64,000 bases of DNA from an uncultured Verrucomicrobiae bacterium. Its GTDB lineage: Bacteria; Verrucomicrobiota; Verrucomicrobiia; Limisphaerales; Palsa-1400. The position numbers and the translations under genes were made by a program. The notes under the pieces are model-generated. The model did no database searches and had not been told where the DNA came from. It saw nothing but the letters and a program-made list of their open reading frames with translations. How positions within the stretch are numbered: position 1 is the first letter of the stretch; every line of letters begins with the position of its first letter. The stretch lies in assembly GCA_963764165.1 (NCBI GenBank), contig CAVXRD010000004.1, positions 160,001 to 224,000 of the forward strand, written 5' to 3'. Below, piece after piece: positions 40,293 to 49,251 of this stretch.

Positions 40293-41769
40293 GAAGATGC
40301 TTTTCGACGAGTTTATCGAGTGCTTCTTGCGGTTGATCGAGCTGTTCCAATTCGTTTCCCATTGCCTTCAATGTTTTTCGGTCAGGATAGGCCAATTTGC
40401 GCAGGTCGGTGGCATTTACCTGCGTATGCCCGCTGAAACGCCGGAAATACTGGTCAGCCACCGTGGAATTTAGGAAGGCAAAAAGTCCGACCGCCAAGTC
40501 TCTATCCAGCCCGTGACCGTCAGCGTGGAAATAATTAAGATGGTTTTCAAATCCGAGCCATTCGGCATCCACGTCCCGCGGGTCGAATAGGCAGGCAACC
40601 AGGCGGCGGCGTTCCTCTTTGGATGTGAATCGTTTCGTGAGCAAATACACCCCGGATTTTACGAGCCGGGGCCGGGTTTCGTCATTGTCAAGAATGGCGT
40701 TAGGCTTGCGGGCATCCAGTTTCGGCCAATGGACAGTTCCACCATTGAAGTGGCATGGGTAAAGCAGGGGCACGGTTCCGCGCTCCGGCTTCATGCGCAA
40801 AGCATCTTTAAGACGAAAATCAACTACGCGCCCGGTTGAAACGGCAACTCCCAAAGAGGCAAGCGTTGCGCGCAATCCATCCATGACTTTTTTTGCGCTG
40901 GCATGACCTGAAGCGGATGGAATGTGAATGAATTTTTCCGAATCGTTTTCATGAACGATTTCCGCAAATGGGATTTTTGCCTCGACGACAATATCACCAT
41001 GTATCCCGCTGCTGCTGGAAACCACCAGCTTGCCGGGCTGCTTGCGGCCTTTCACGGCGTGGAAAATAATATTTTCCTGCAGCACGCTATCCTCACGGAA
41101 AGCCGCTCCGCGCGATTCAAAAACATGGAGGCGATGGAATTCCAGGTTGGCGAGCAAGTCTTCGCGAAAGGGGCGGAAATACGGGCCGTTGCAAAAACTT
41201 CTTGGGGTGATGGCCACGAGTTGCCCGCCGGGCGCGAGCAATCGGTGGATGAGCGCAATAAAGCCAGCGTAGAGATTGCTGGTTTCAACGCCTACATGGC
41301 GCAAAGCTCGCCTTTCCGCGGAATCGGTGCTGATTTTCCGATAGGGAGGATTTACGATGGCAGCATCGAAAACCGGCGGCTTCGCGCTGAATAAACTATC
41401 TCCAAGACAAGCCGACATTTCTTGAATGAAATCAGTCTCATGGATGGTGAAACTGAATTGAATTCCCGCGTTGTCGCAAATACGCTGGCAGTCCTGCATT
41501 TTTTCCAAAAGCGCATCCTGAATCAGCGGGTCGATCTCGAATAGCGTGGCTTCGACTGCGCTAACAGCGGCGCTGTTCACACATAGATGCGAAACGAAAG
41601 CTGCCGTGAGTGATCCGGCCCCGGCCCCAGCATCAAGCAAACGCACAACTTTGGGGAGCGGCGCGAACAAAGAAGCCATAAAATCAGCGACAGGAGCGGG
41701 GGTAAGGAATTGTCCAAGCTCCCCTTTTCGCTTGCGAGCTGCTGATTCTGCCACGGCCGCGGTTAACAT
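40279..41769 (-). CDS. N6-adenine DNA methyltransferase (gamma class, M.BsuBI/M.PstI-like)
   Basis: GQFLTP, LLDAGAGAG (motif I), NPPY (motif IV), PRSFCNGPYF and GHTQVNATDL. Confidence 0.93.
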   Translation of the reverse strand: MLTAAVAESAARKRKGELGQFLTPAPVADFMASLFAPLPKVVRLLDAGAGAGSLTAAFVSHLCVNSAAVSAVEATLFEIDPLIQDALLEKMQDCQRICDNAGIQFSFTIHETDFIQEMSACLGDSLFSAKPPVFDAAIVNPPYRKISTDSAERRALRHVGVETSNLYAGFIALIHRLLAPGGQLVAITPRSFCNGPYFRPFREDLLANLEFHRLHVFESRGAAFREDSVLQENIIFHAVKGRKQPGKLVVSSSSGIHGDIVVEAKIPFAEIVHENDSEKFIHIPSASGHASAKKVMDGLRATLASLGVAVSTGRVVDFRLKDALRMKPERGTVPLLYPCHFNGGTVHWPKLDARKPNAILDNDETRPRLVKSGVYLLTKRFTSKEERRRLVACLFDPRDVDAEWLGFENHLNYFHADGHGLDRDLAVGLFAFLNSTVADQYFRRFSGHTQVNATDLRKLAYPDRKTLKAMGNELEQLDQPQEALDKLVEKHLHAHQ

Positions 41770-41848
41770 GGCGTGAGGGTATCAAACTTGGCGTTGCTTC
41801 GCAATCGGGCAATATGGGTCAAAGGAAAGTCATCCTGAAAAATGAATC

Positions 41849-41954
41849 CACATAATCACATATTTGACACGTCGAAATCTCAAGGCTGCTTCGGTCGGAT
41901 GATCAAAATGGGATTGCCCGGAAGTTCCGCTGTAACAACGCTGGCTGCCTTTAC
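41849..41954 (+). mobile_element. RAYT-like left end plus decayed transposase 5' codons
   Basis: CACATAATCACATATTTGACAC followed by IARKFRCNNAGCLY, in register with the recalled family start MARKLRxxxxGAxY. Confidence 0.5.
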
Positions 41955-42520
41955 GTATTCTTCGGTTTGATTTCGCCACTTAATAGCCGTTCCACCTCGC
42001 GTGCCAGGCCCAGTTCGCCTGCCCAGCGGCGCAGGTAATTCCTGTCAAGGGCATTGTCTTGCACAGCCACTATCCCTACCGCGTCCCCGATTTGCCGTTC
42101 CGACGGAGAGATGCGATCCCAAACGAGCTTATGCAGGACAACATCTTCCGCTGAGGCAATCCAGGCTGGCTCTCCAAAGAGCGTGACTTCGACGCGTCTC
42201 CTCAGCATCTCCTGGTCGAACGGTTCGGGCTTGGGCAGCCAGAAGTCAACTTTAAGCGCGGACCGGGTATCAATGGCGTTAAACTGATGCGGTGGCCGGT
42301 AAGCGGAACGCACGGAGGCTTCCTCAATGTAGAAATCTCCCCTGAACTCCTCGATGATGCGCGGCACAGCGGACATCGGCATTTGCAGGACGAAGTCCAA
42401 ATCGTGCGTGGTGCGCGGAATGCCCCAGTAATTGCTGGCCATCGACCCGGTGAGATAGTAGGTCACGCCCGCGCGGTTCAACCGGCGCAAACAGTCCGCC
42501 AGCAAATCGCGTTCGTTCAT
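41951..42520 (-). CDS. nucleotidyltransferase (DUF6036-like), putative TA component
   Basis: GSMAS...G.PRTTHDLD polbeta-type GS/DxD motif; SAEDVVLHKL. Confidence 0.8.
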   Translation of the reverse strand: MNERDLLADCLRRLNRAGVTYYLTGSMASNYWGIPRTTHDLDFVLQMPMSAVPRIIEEFRGDFYIEEASVRSAYRPPHQFNAIDTRSALKVDFWLPKPEPFDQEMLRRRVEVTLFGEPAWIASAEDVVLHKLVWDRISPSERQIGDAVGIVAVQDNALDRNYLRRWAGELGLAREVERLLSGEIKPKNT

Positions 42521-42726
42521 GCCACACGGGCCAGTTCAAGGCGGCGGCGCAGGAGGCGCTCGACCTCGTCGGCGCCCGCTTCGGGATGTTGCCGCCGGAT
42601 GCCTTCACGCGCTACATCACAGGATAACTCATGCAGCTCCAGCGCAATCGACAGGCGCTGCTCGCCTGTCATTCCTCGGTAGCGCTCGATTTGCTTTTCC
42701 AATGCGGTAGCCGCGTCCATCACCAC
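42517..42726 (-). CDS. small helical protein coupled to the nucleotidyltransferase
   Basis: 69 aa; YRGMTGEQRL..GIRRQHP pattern; ATGA overlap with the NTase start. Confidence 0.75.
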   Translation of the reverse strand: MVMDAATALEKQIERYRGMTGEQRLSIALELHELSCDVAREGIRRQHPEAGADEVERLLRRRLELARVA

Positions 42727-42853
42727 TCATTAGGCCGATTCCCCGCATTTCACAACCTCAAATGTTTGCGCAGATGCGATGTGAATTTTGGAGCGCGAAC
42801 TCGACGGGGGCTTTTTCCGCGGCGGGGCGGGCGTCCTCTCCAGGACGAGAAAG

Positions 42854-42958
42854 GGAACTGTCCAAGCTCCCCTTTCCGCTTGCGAACTGCAGATTCTGCC
42901 ACGGCCGCGGTTAACATGGCGTGGGGGTTTCAAACTTGGCGTTGCTTCGCAACCGGGC
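42854..42958 (-). repeat. 105-bp duplicate of the methyltransferase upstream region and first ~21 codons
   Basis: Near-identical to 41706-41810; encodes MLTAAVAESAVRKRKGELGQF and then diverges. Confidence 0.85.
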
Positions 42959-43020
42959 GTTGGGCAGGCAAGCGCGGGGTGATCGGAATTGGGTTGGGTG
43001 CAGCCAGCGCGGCTGAAAAA

Positions 43021-43086
43021 ATTTGGGCGGACACGCAGGTCCGCCCTACCAAATTGAGGTAGGGCGGACCTGCGTGTCCGGCCAAT
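43021..43086. repeat. GTAG-type REP doublet, right of the island
   Basis: Same palindrome as 38009-38081; spacer AAATTGA is the reverse complement of the left spacer. Confidence 0.85.
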
Positions 43087-43275
43087 AATTCTCCGGCGCT
43101 TCACGCCCAGAAAAAGGGTCGATCCAATCACGGCGGATGGGGCGAAAGTCCGGCGTTAGAAAGCGCGAATTTCGGCGGTTCACAAATCCCACTTTTCTTT
43201 CGCGGCGGCGGGCGGCAAAATGCGGAGATGGTGTCCTTTAAAGCGTGTCAACCAATCCGATGAAGCAACAAGCCA

Positions 43276-44418
43276 GTGTCAAATAGCGACCTCCCATCCA
43301 GCGGCCGCCCTCGCGTTGGAGTTGATTTTCATACGTGGGACGGCATTTTTCAAGGGACGCGCAGCTACATTCTTGGATTATACCGCGAAGCCATCACTTT
43401 GGCGCCGGATATTGATTTTGTCTTCTTCCTTGATGATGTGGCGTCGCTCAGGGCGGCCCACCCGGAGTTCTCTGCCCCTAACGCCCGCCTTGTTCGCATG
43501 CCGCATCGCCCCGGCCCCTGGCGCCTGGGCGTTCAATTGCCGTGGCTTCAGTGGCGCCATCGCATTGATCTGCTGCATCTCCAATACCGGCTTCCATTTC
43601 TTCGGACGGGTGATTGTGCGGTGACGATTCATGACCTGCTGTTCGAGACGCATCCCCAATTCTTTCTTTCTTCCTACGTGTGGGACGCCAAAATCACGTT
43701 TCGACACGCGGCGCGGCGCGCGAAGTTGCTTTTCACCGTCAGCGAATTCTCCAAGCGCGACATTGCGGCACGTTATGGCGTGGCTGCCGAGCGAATCCAT
43801 GTCACTTGCAACGGTGTTGACGCGCAGCGGTTTCATCCGGCAGCCGATCCCGATCCGCGCCTGGCGGAACTTGGATTGCGCCACAAGAGCTACTTGCTCA
43901 TCGTCGGGAGGCTGGAACCGCGCAAGAATCATCGAACACTGATCCAGGCTTATGCGCAATTGCCCTCGGATGCCCCGCCGCTGATCATCGTGGGGCAGTG
44001 CGATTTCGGTTATGAGCCAATCTTTCAATGCATCCGCGACCACGGTTTGCAAGACCGCGTTCGGGTGCTCCAGAATGTTCGGGATCAGCTTCTGCCGGTC
44101 ATCGTGCGCCATGCGCGGATATTTGTTTTCCCGGCCTTTGCGGAAGGCTTCGGCATCCCCGTCGTCGAAGCAATGGCCAGCGGCGTTCCTGTGATCACAT
44201 CGGACACCGCCGCGCTTCCCGAAGTCGCCGGAGAAGCTGCGCTCTACGCGTCTCCAAGCGATTCGATGGAAATCGCGCGCCTGATGCGATGTGTCCTATC
44301 AGACGAGAATTTATGCAGCACGATGGCGGCGAAAGGCCTCGAGCATGCAGCCAAGTTCACGTGGCGCGCGTCGGCTCAGGTGCTGATCGATGCCTTTCGT
44401 GGAAAAATTCTTCATTGA
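43276..44418 (+). CDS. glycosyltransferase family 4
   Basis: TIHDL, VSEFSK, GRLEPRKN and EGFGIPVVEAMASG. Confidence 0.92.
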   Translation: MSNSDLPSSGRPRVGVDFHTWDGIFQGTRSYILGLYREAITLAPDIDFVFFLDDVASLRAAHPEFSAPNARLVRMPHRPGPWRLGVQLPWLQWRHRIDLLHLQYRLPFLRTGDCAVTIHDLLFETHPQFFLSSYVWDAKITFRHAARRAKLLFTVSEFSKRDIAARYGVAAERIHVTCNGVDAQRFHPAADPDPRLAELGLRHKSYLLIVGRLEPRKNHRTLIQAYAQLPSDAPPLIIVGQCDFGYEPIFQCIRDHGLQDRVRVLQNVRDQLLPVIVRHARIFVFPAFAEGFGIPVVEAMASGVPVITSDTAALPEVAGEAALYASPSDSMEIARLMRCVLSDENLCSTMAAKGLEHAAKFTWRASAQVLIDAFRGKILH

Positions 44419-44450
44419 CCTCCAAAATCCGCCGATGTATGTGTGTGACG

Positions 44451-44522
44451 ATGATCGTTAATCTGAGCCTTCGACTGCTGCTGGAAGCGCTGCTAACAAG
44501 CCGCGCGGCGGTCGAGGTTTAG
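44451..44522 (+). CDS. Leu-rich leader peptide of a leuA attenuator
   Basis: MIVNLSLRLLLEALLTSRAAVEV (7 Leu in 23 residues), just downstream of TTGACC-N17-TATGTG. Confidence 0.7.
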   Translation: MIVNLSLRLLLEALLTSRAAVEV

Positions 44523-44543
44523 TTTTCGCTCACCCGAATTTTC

Positions 44544-44576
44544 AAACCCCATCGCTGGAAACGGCGGTGGGGTTTT
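44544..44576 (+). terminator. attenuator terminator hairpin
   Basis: AAACCCCATCGCTG-GAAA-CGGCGGTGGGGTTTT; the 5' arm can alternatively pair with GCGGTCGAGGTTT at the end of the leader. Confidence 0.72.
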
Positions 44577-44595
44577 GGCGTCTATGGAATGAATT

Positions 44596-46164
44596 ATGAA
44601 AAAGAATCGCATTATTATATTTGACACGACGTTGCGCGACGGCGAGCAATGCCCCGGCGCTTCCATGAACCTTCGCGAAAAACTGGAGATTGCCCGCCAA
44701 CTGGCCCGCCTCAATGTCGATGTCATCGAAGCCGGATTCCCGGTCATCAGCGACGGCGATTTCGCGTCCGTCCGCTCCATCGCCAGGGAAATCAAGGGGC
44801 CGATGATTTGCGGTTTGGCGCGCTGCGTGGATCGCGACATTGATGCGGCGGGCGAAGCGATCAAGCCGGCGGGAGCGCGCGGGCGCATTCACGTTTTCCT
44901 CGCCACCTCGAAAATCCATCGCGAATTCAAGTTGAACAAGGCGCAGGACGAGATCCTTCGCCTTGCGGTGGATGGCGTCAAACGCGCGAAGTCATTTGTG
45001 TCCGATGTCGAATTCTCGCCCGAGGACGGCTCGCGCACGGAACCGGAATTCCTGGTGCAGGTTTGCAAGGCCGTCGTCGCCGCGGGCGCGACGACGGTCA
45101 ACATTCCCGACACCGTCGGATGGGCAGTGCCAGAGCAATATGGCGAGTTGATCCAGCGCCTTCACGATTCCGTGCCCGAATTCCAATCCGGCAAGGCCGT
45201 CATCAGCGTCCATTGCCACGATGACTTGGGATTGGCGGTGGCGAATTCCCTCGCCGCCATACGCCACGGCGCGCGGCAGATCGAGTGCACCGTCAATGGC
45301 ATTGGCGAACGCGCTGGAAATGCGGCGCTCGAGGAAATTGTCTCCGCCATAAAGACGCGCGGCGATTACTACGGGGGCGTTCAATGCGGCGTGCAATCCA
45401 AGGAGATTCTCAAGTCGTCCCGCCTCGTTTCGCGCATGAGCGGACTTGTCGTGCAACGCAGCAAAGCCATCGTCGGGGAAAATGCCTTCGCGCACTCCAG
45501 CGGAATACATCAGGACGGGATTTTGAAGAAGCGCGAAACTTACGAAATCATCGACCCGCAATCGGTCGGCTGGGGCGGGACGGAATTGCCGCTGACCAAG
45601 CACAGCGGGCGGGCCGCGGTCGCCGCGAGGTTAAAGCATCTTGGCTTCAAGATGAACGAAGGCGACATCGCCGCCATCTTCGCCCGCTTCAAGGAAATTG
45701 GTGACAAGAAGAAATTCGTTTACGACGATGATTTGTCCGCGCTCGTGGAAGGCCAGATAACGGAAGTCCAGGAAACGTGGTCGCTGGATTACTTGGCGGT
45801 TTCGACTGGAAGCCAATCCGTTCCCACCGCGACAGTCCGCCTGCAAAAATTGGGCGGCAAGAAGAAGGCTGCCGTTCAGGACGCCAGCATCGGCGACGGG
45901 CCGGTGGATGCCGCGTTGAAGGCAATCGACCGGCTGACCAGCACGCATGGCATTTTGATGGATTATTCGCTGCGGGCAGTCTCGCAAGGCAAAGACGCGC
46001 TGGGCGAAGTCACAGTCAAAGTCGATTTCGGCGGCGGCAAAATGGTGACTGGAAAAGGCGCCAGCACGGATGTCATCGAAGCAAGCGCGCGGGCCTACTT
46101 GAACGCGGTGAACCGCTATCTTGGCCAGTCAAATGGACACGAGACCAAGGAAGAAACTCCATAG
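44596..46164 (+). CDS. leuA: 2-isopropylmalate synthase
   Basis: DTTLRDGEQ, IEAGFP, HCHDDLG, NGIGERAGN, HQDG and the regulatory-domain GDGPVDA. Confidence 0.96.
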   Translation: MKKNRIIIFDTTLRDGEQCPGASMNLREKLEIARQLARLNVDVIEAGFPVISDGDFASVRSIAREIKGPMICGLARCVDRDIDAAGEAIKPAGARGRIHVFLATSKIHREFKLNKAQDEILRLAVDGVKRAKSFVSDVEFSPEDGSRTEPEFLVQVCKAVVAAGATTVNIPDTVGWAVPEQYGELIQRLHDSVPEFQSGKAVISVHCHDDLGLAVANSLAAIRHGARQIECTVNGIGERAGNAALEEIVSAIKTRGDYYGGVQCGVQSKEILKSSRLVSRMSGLVVQRSKAIVGENAFAHSSGIHQDGILKKRETYEIIDPQSVGWGGTELPLTKHSGRAAVAARLKHLGFKMNEGDIAAIFARFKEIGDKKKFVYDDDLSALVEGQITEVQETWSLDYLAVSTGSQSVPTATVRLQKLGGKKKAAVQDASIGDGPVDAALKAIDRLTSTHGILMDYSLRAVSQGKDALGEVTVKVDFGGGKMVTGKGASTDVIEASARAYLNAVNRYLGQSNGHETKEETP

Positions 46165-46177
46165 CAAGTTGCGTCAA

Positions 46178-47059
46178 CTATTCGGATTTCAGCAATCCGC
46201 GCCCTTCCAGCCATCCGGAAAACAATTCGATCCAATGGTCGGTTGGCAAATGCTGCACGCGCATGCCGAACCCGTGGCCGCCTCGCTCGTAGAGATGCAG
46301 TTCGGCGGGTTTGCCGGCCGCAATCCAGCTCTGGTAAAGTTGGACGCTTTCCGGGGCCAGACCAAGTGAATCATCGGAGGCGGCGCAAATAAAGGCAGGC
46401 GGCGCATCTTTTGGAACGCCCGAGCCCTTGATCGCCCAACGGTAAGCGGGATAAATCGGGGCAACGAAATCGGGCCGATTTTCCGGCGTGTAATTCATCG
46501 CCATGGAAACGGCCAGAGTGCCACCCGCGGAGAACCCGATGACTCCAATGCGTTTAGGATTTACACCGAATTCCGAAGCGTGTTTGCGAATGTGGGCGAT
46601 GGCCGCGTTGCCGTCCGCCAGAGCCAATTTCACAATCGGCGCCACCACTTCATCGAGCGGCCCGTGTGACATGACTTCGCGCGTCGGATCATCCCCATTG
46701 CATTGGACGAGGCGATATTTCAGCACAAAACACGTCACGCCCTTTTTCACCAGCCACTTCGCGACATCGTTGCCCTCGCTGTCAATGGACAGCGCGAAGA
46801 ACGCGCCGCCCGGGCAAATCACGACAGCCGTGCCGTTCGCCTTGCCCGCTTCCGGCTGGAAGAGCGTCATCGTCGGACTGGCGACGTTGTATACGACTGG
46901 CGTCTGCCAAAGATTGCTTCGATTTTCCGCCTCGGAATGCTTCCAATCCTCGGAGCCAGGCGCGGGGCCATCGTAGAGTCGGATGACCTTTTGCTGCGCG
47001 TGGGCCTGGACGCAGCACATCGTGAGAAGCACAGCAAGCGTTGGCAGAAAGTGTGTCAT
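46178..47059 (-). CDS. secreted alpha/beta hydrolase (carbohydrate esterase-like)
   Basis: ICPGGAF, GFSAGG nucleophile elbow and GGHGFG; signal peptide; start uncertain. Confidence 0.88.
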   Translation of the reverse strand: MTHFLPTLAVLLTMCCVQAHAQQKVIRLYDGPAPGSEDWKHSEAENRSNLWQTPVVYNVASPTMTLFQPEAGKANGTAVVICPGGAFFALSIDSEGNDVAKWLVKKGVTCFVLKYRLVQCNGDDPTREVMSHGPLDEVVAPIVKLALADGNAAIAHIRKHASEFGVNPKRIGVIGFSAGGTLAVSMAMNYTPENRPDFVAPIYPAYRWAIKGSGVPKDAPPAFICAASDDSLGLAPESVQLYQSWIAAGKPAELHLYERGGHGFGMRVQHLPTDHWIELFSGWLEGRGLLKSE

Positions 47060-47357
47060 ATCCGCCATCATTGGCCCGGCGGCGCAGACGGTCAAAACAA
47101 AATGGTGGGGAAGCTTCGGCGGCGAGGCGTCCCTACCCAAAAGCCCTTGCAATTTCCACGCGCCGCCTTAAACTCCGCGCTAAATGAAGTTCTTCGCATC
47201 AATCTTGGTTTACCTGGCTTTCATGGCGATGATGGGTTTTGGGATTCTCGCCGCCGTGACGAAGGATTCGTATTGGCTTTTGGCCGGCAGTTTTCTTCTT
47301 TACGTGGGAATCATGACCAAGGTCTCGATTCTCAGGCTCCACTGATTTCCCGGCCCG

Positions 47358-47945
47358 TCAAACGCCCTCCAGATTCGTTCCACTGATTCCCGGCGCAACT
47401 GGCCGCGCAGGCGGCTGCGGAGGAGTCGTGCGCGTGCCCCCGGGCCGAATCGTTCCAGCGGCGTTTGAACTTCCCAGGCTTCTTCTGCTGCCGTAGCTGT
47501 AGCTGTAGCGGTTTGGGTAAGAAGTTGCTCGCCCGGTGTAGGAACGCGGATGACTCGGCGGTGCGTCCAGGATCGCGAACAAAGGCGGCGCCGCGCCGGC
47601 CGAAGCAAGGCGGCTGCCGATCGCCATTGTGTTTGACAGCGATTCATCAGACCTGGCGCTCATGGCGATGGGATTGGTCGCGGAAAGCGCCTCGGGCGCG
47701 GGGGGCAGATTGGATTCGTCCAGAAGAGTCAAAATCTTCGCCGGATGTGAAAACGACCAGATAAATTGCGCACACGATGCCATCGTGCGCAAATCAGCCA
47801 GCCACTGTTTCCTGGCAAAATAGTAGTGGCGATATTTGGCGGCTGAGATGGCAGGAGCCCGGTAGAGATATTCGGCCGACGGGATGGCGATGATCGCGGC
47901 AACCAAGAAGACAATCACGAACGCTGCTATAAAACATTTTTTCAT
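47358..47945 (-). CDS. hypothetical exported/membrane-anchored protein with a low-complexity tail
   Basis: MKK plus hydrophobic N-terminus; YSYSYG and Pro-rich C-terminus. Confidence 0.55.
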   Translation of the reverse strand: MKKCFIAAFVIVFLVAAIIAIPSAEYLYRAPAISAAKYRHYYFARKQWLADLRTMASCAQFIWSFSHPAKILTLLDESNLPPAPEALSATNPIAMSARSDESLSNTMAIGSRLASAGAAPPLFAILDAPPSHPRSYTGRATSYPNRYSYSYGSRRSLGSSNAAGTIRPGGTRTTPPQPPARPVAPGISGTNLEGV

Positions 47946-48020
47946 CGACTTGCCTTTCCTGAATTTAAGTAAGTTATGACGTTCCCCACAACTACATGAC
48001 CCGCCAGCCGCCGAATTGTT

Positions 48021-49217
48021 TCAAGGTTTCGATTCGCTCGATCCTTTTCCTTCTGAGGAAGACGAGCCGTGGTCGTGCGCAGGGCGAATCGTATCCATCA
48101 TCGGCTCGACCACCTGCCAGACTTCCTTGGGAACTGACTTGCGTTCTTCGGGCGTGTCAATATTGCCTTCGAAGAGGAGCTTCCCGTGTTTGTCGCGCGC
48201 GGTCAGATGTGTCTTCTCGCCTGATTCGATGACGTATGAGCCGGTCTCATCGGTTTCGACAACGGTTCGATTTGACTTGTTGCGAACGATGACCGTGGCG
48301 TCGGAATCAATGTCCACTCCGCTCTTGGCAAGCGCGGAAAGATCGTGGCTGAGAGCGCTGAGCGCGTGCTTGTCCACGTTGGATTTTCGCATCGCGTCTT
48401 CTATGGCGCGGCGCGTTTGCTCCATCGTGCGCTTGACTTCTGAATTCATCTTGGCCCGATCGACAGAGAGCGACGTGTTCAAACCGCTCAGTTTGCCGCT
48501 CAGCCCGCGCAATTCTCCATTGAGGCCCTGGAGTTTGATCTCCATGTCCTGCAATCCGGACGGCAGCGAGACATCTTCCAGGTCGGCGGATTCTTCCAGA
48601 GTCGTCTTTCCCAGTTTGACCTCGATTGTCTGTTTCTTGCCGCCGCGATAAAACCCGATTTTCACCGAATCCCCTTCGGCGTGCATTTGCACCAGCTTGC
48701 GCAGTTGCATCGGATGAACCAGCATTTGGCCATCCAGATCGACGAGCACGTCGTTCTTGTGAAACTCCGCTTTCTGCGCCGGGCTGTCGTGCGCCACCAT
48801 GCTGACCTTTAAGCCTTCACCTGACTTCAAGCCAAGTTGCGAGGACAGAGCCTCGTCAGTCTCTTCAACTCCCAAGCCAAGCCACGCGACCACCTTGCGT
48901 TTGCCACTTTTCGGATCAGGCTCGACGGCATTGATGACGATGTGGGAATCACCCGAATCATCGGTGGTTATCGCCACTGAATCGACCGACGATGAGCCGG
49001 ACGCGGAGCCAAATCCGACCGCGCTCCCTGAAACTGCGGATGCGGACGGAGCCGCGGGCGTGGCGGGCGTGGCAGGGACGGATGGCGTCGCCGGCACGGG
49101 AGGCGCCGGAGGGACAGTTTGGTCATCGAACCGAGCGAAAGCCGAGCTGGCGCACAGCGCCGCCGACACGATTAAGGCTGCCGCCATTCGCATATATTTG
49201 ACAGAATGAGTTCGCAT
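48021..49217 (-). CDS. secreted PDZ-domain protein
   Basis: Signal peptide, Pro/Ala linker, and WLGLGV...DSPAQKA.F..NDVLV PDZ. Confidence 0.82.
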   Translation of the reverse strand: MRTHSVKYMRMAAALIVSAALCASSAFARFDDQTVPPAPPVPATPSVPATPATPAAPSASAVSGSAVGFGSASGSSSVDSVAITTDDSGDSHIVINAVEPDPKSGKRKVVAWLGLGVEETDEALSSQLGLKSGEGLKVSMVAHDSPAQKAEFHKNDVLVDLDGQMLVHPMQLRKLVQMHAEGDSVKIGFYRGGKKQTIEVKLGKTTLEESADLEDVSLPSGLQDMEIKLQGLNGELRGLSGKLSGLNTSLSVDRAKMNSEVKRTMEQTRRAIEDAMRKSNVDKHALSALSHDLSALAKSGVDIDSDATVIVRNKSNRTVVETDETGSYVIESGEKTHLTARDKHGKLLFEGNIDTPEERKSVPKEVWQVVEPMMDTIRPAHDHGSSSSEGKGSSESKP

Positions 49218-49251
49218 ATGGATTTATTTCAATTCTTGAACTTTTGATTTT

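Noticed and set aside
39303..41769. Claim that the host avoids CTGCAG sites
   Set aside because: CTGCAG occurs several times in the window (e.g. ~28264, ~41077, ~42888); I could not compute observed versus expected, and specificity is only inferred from the family
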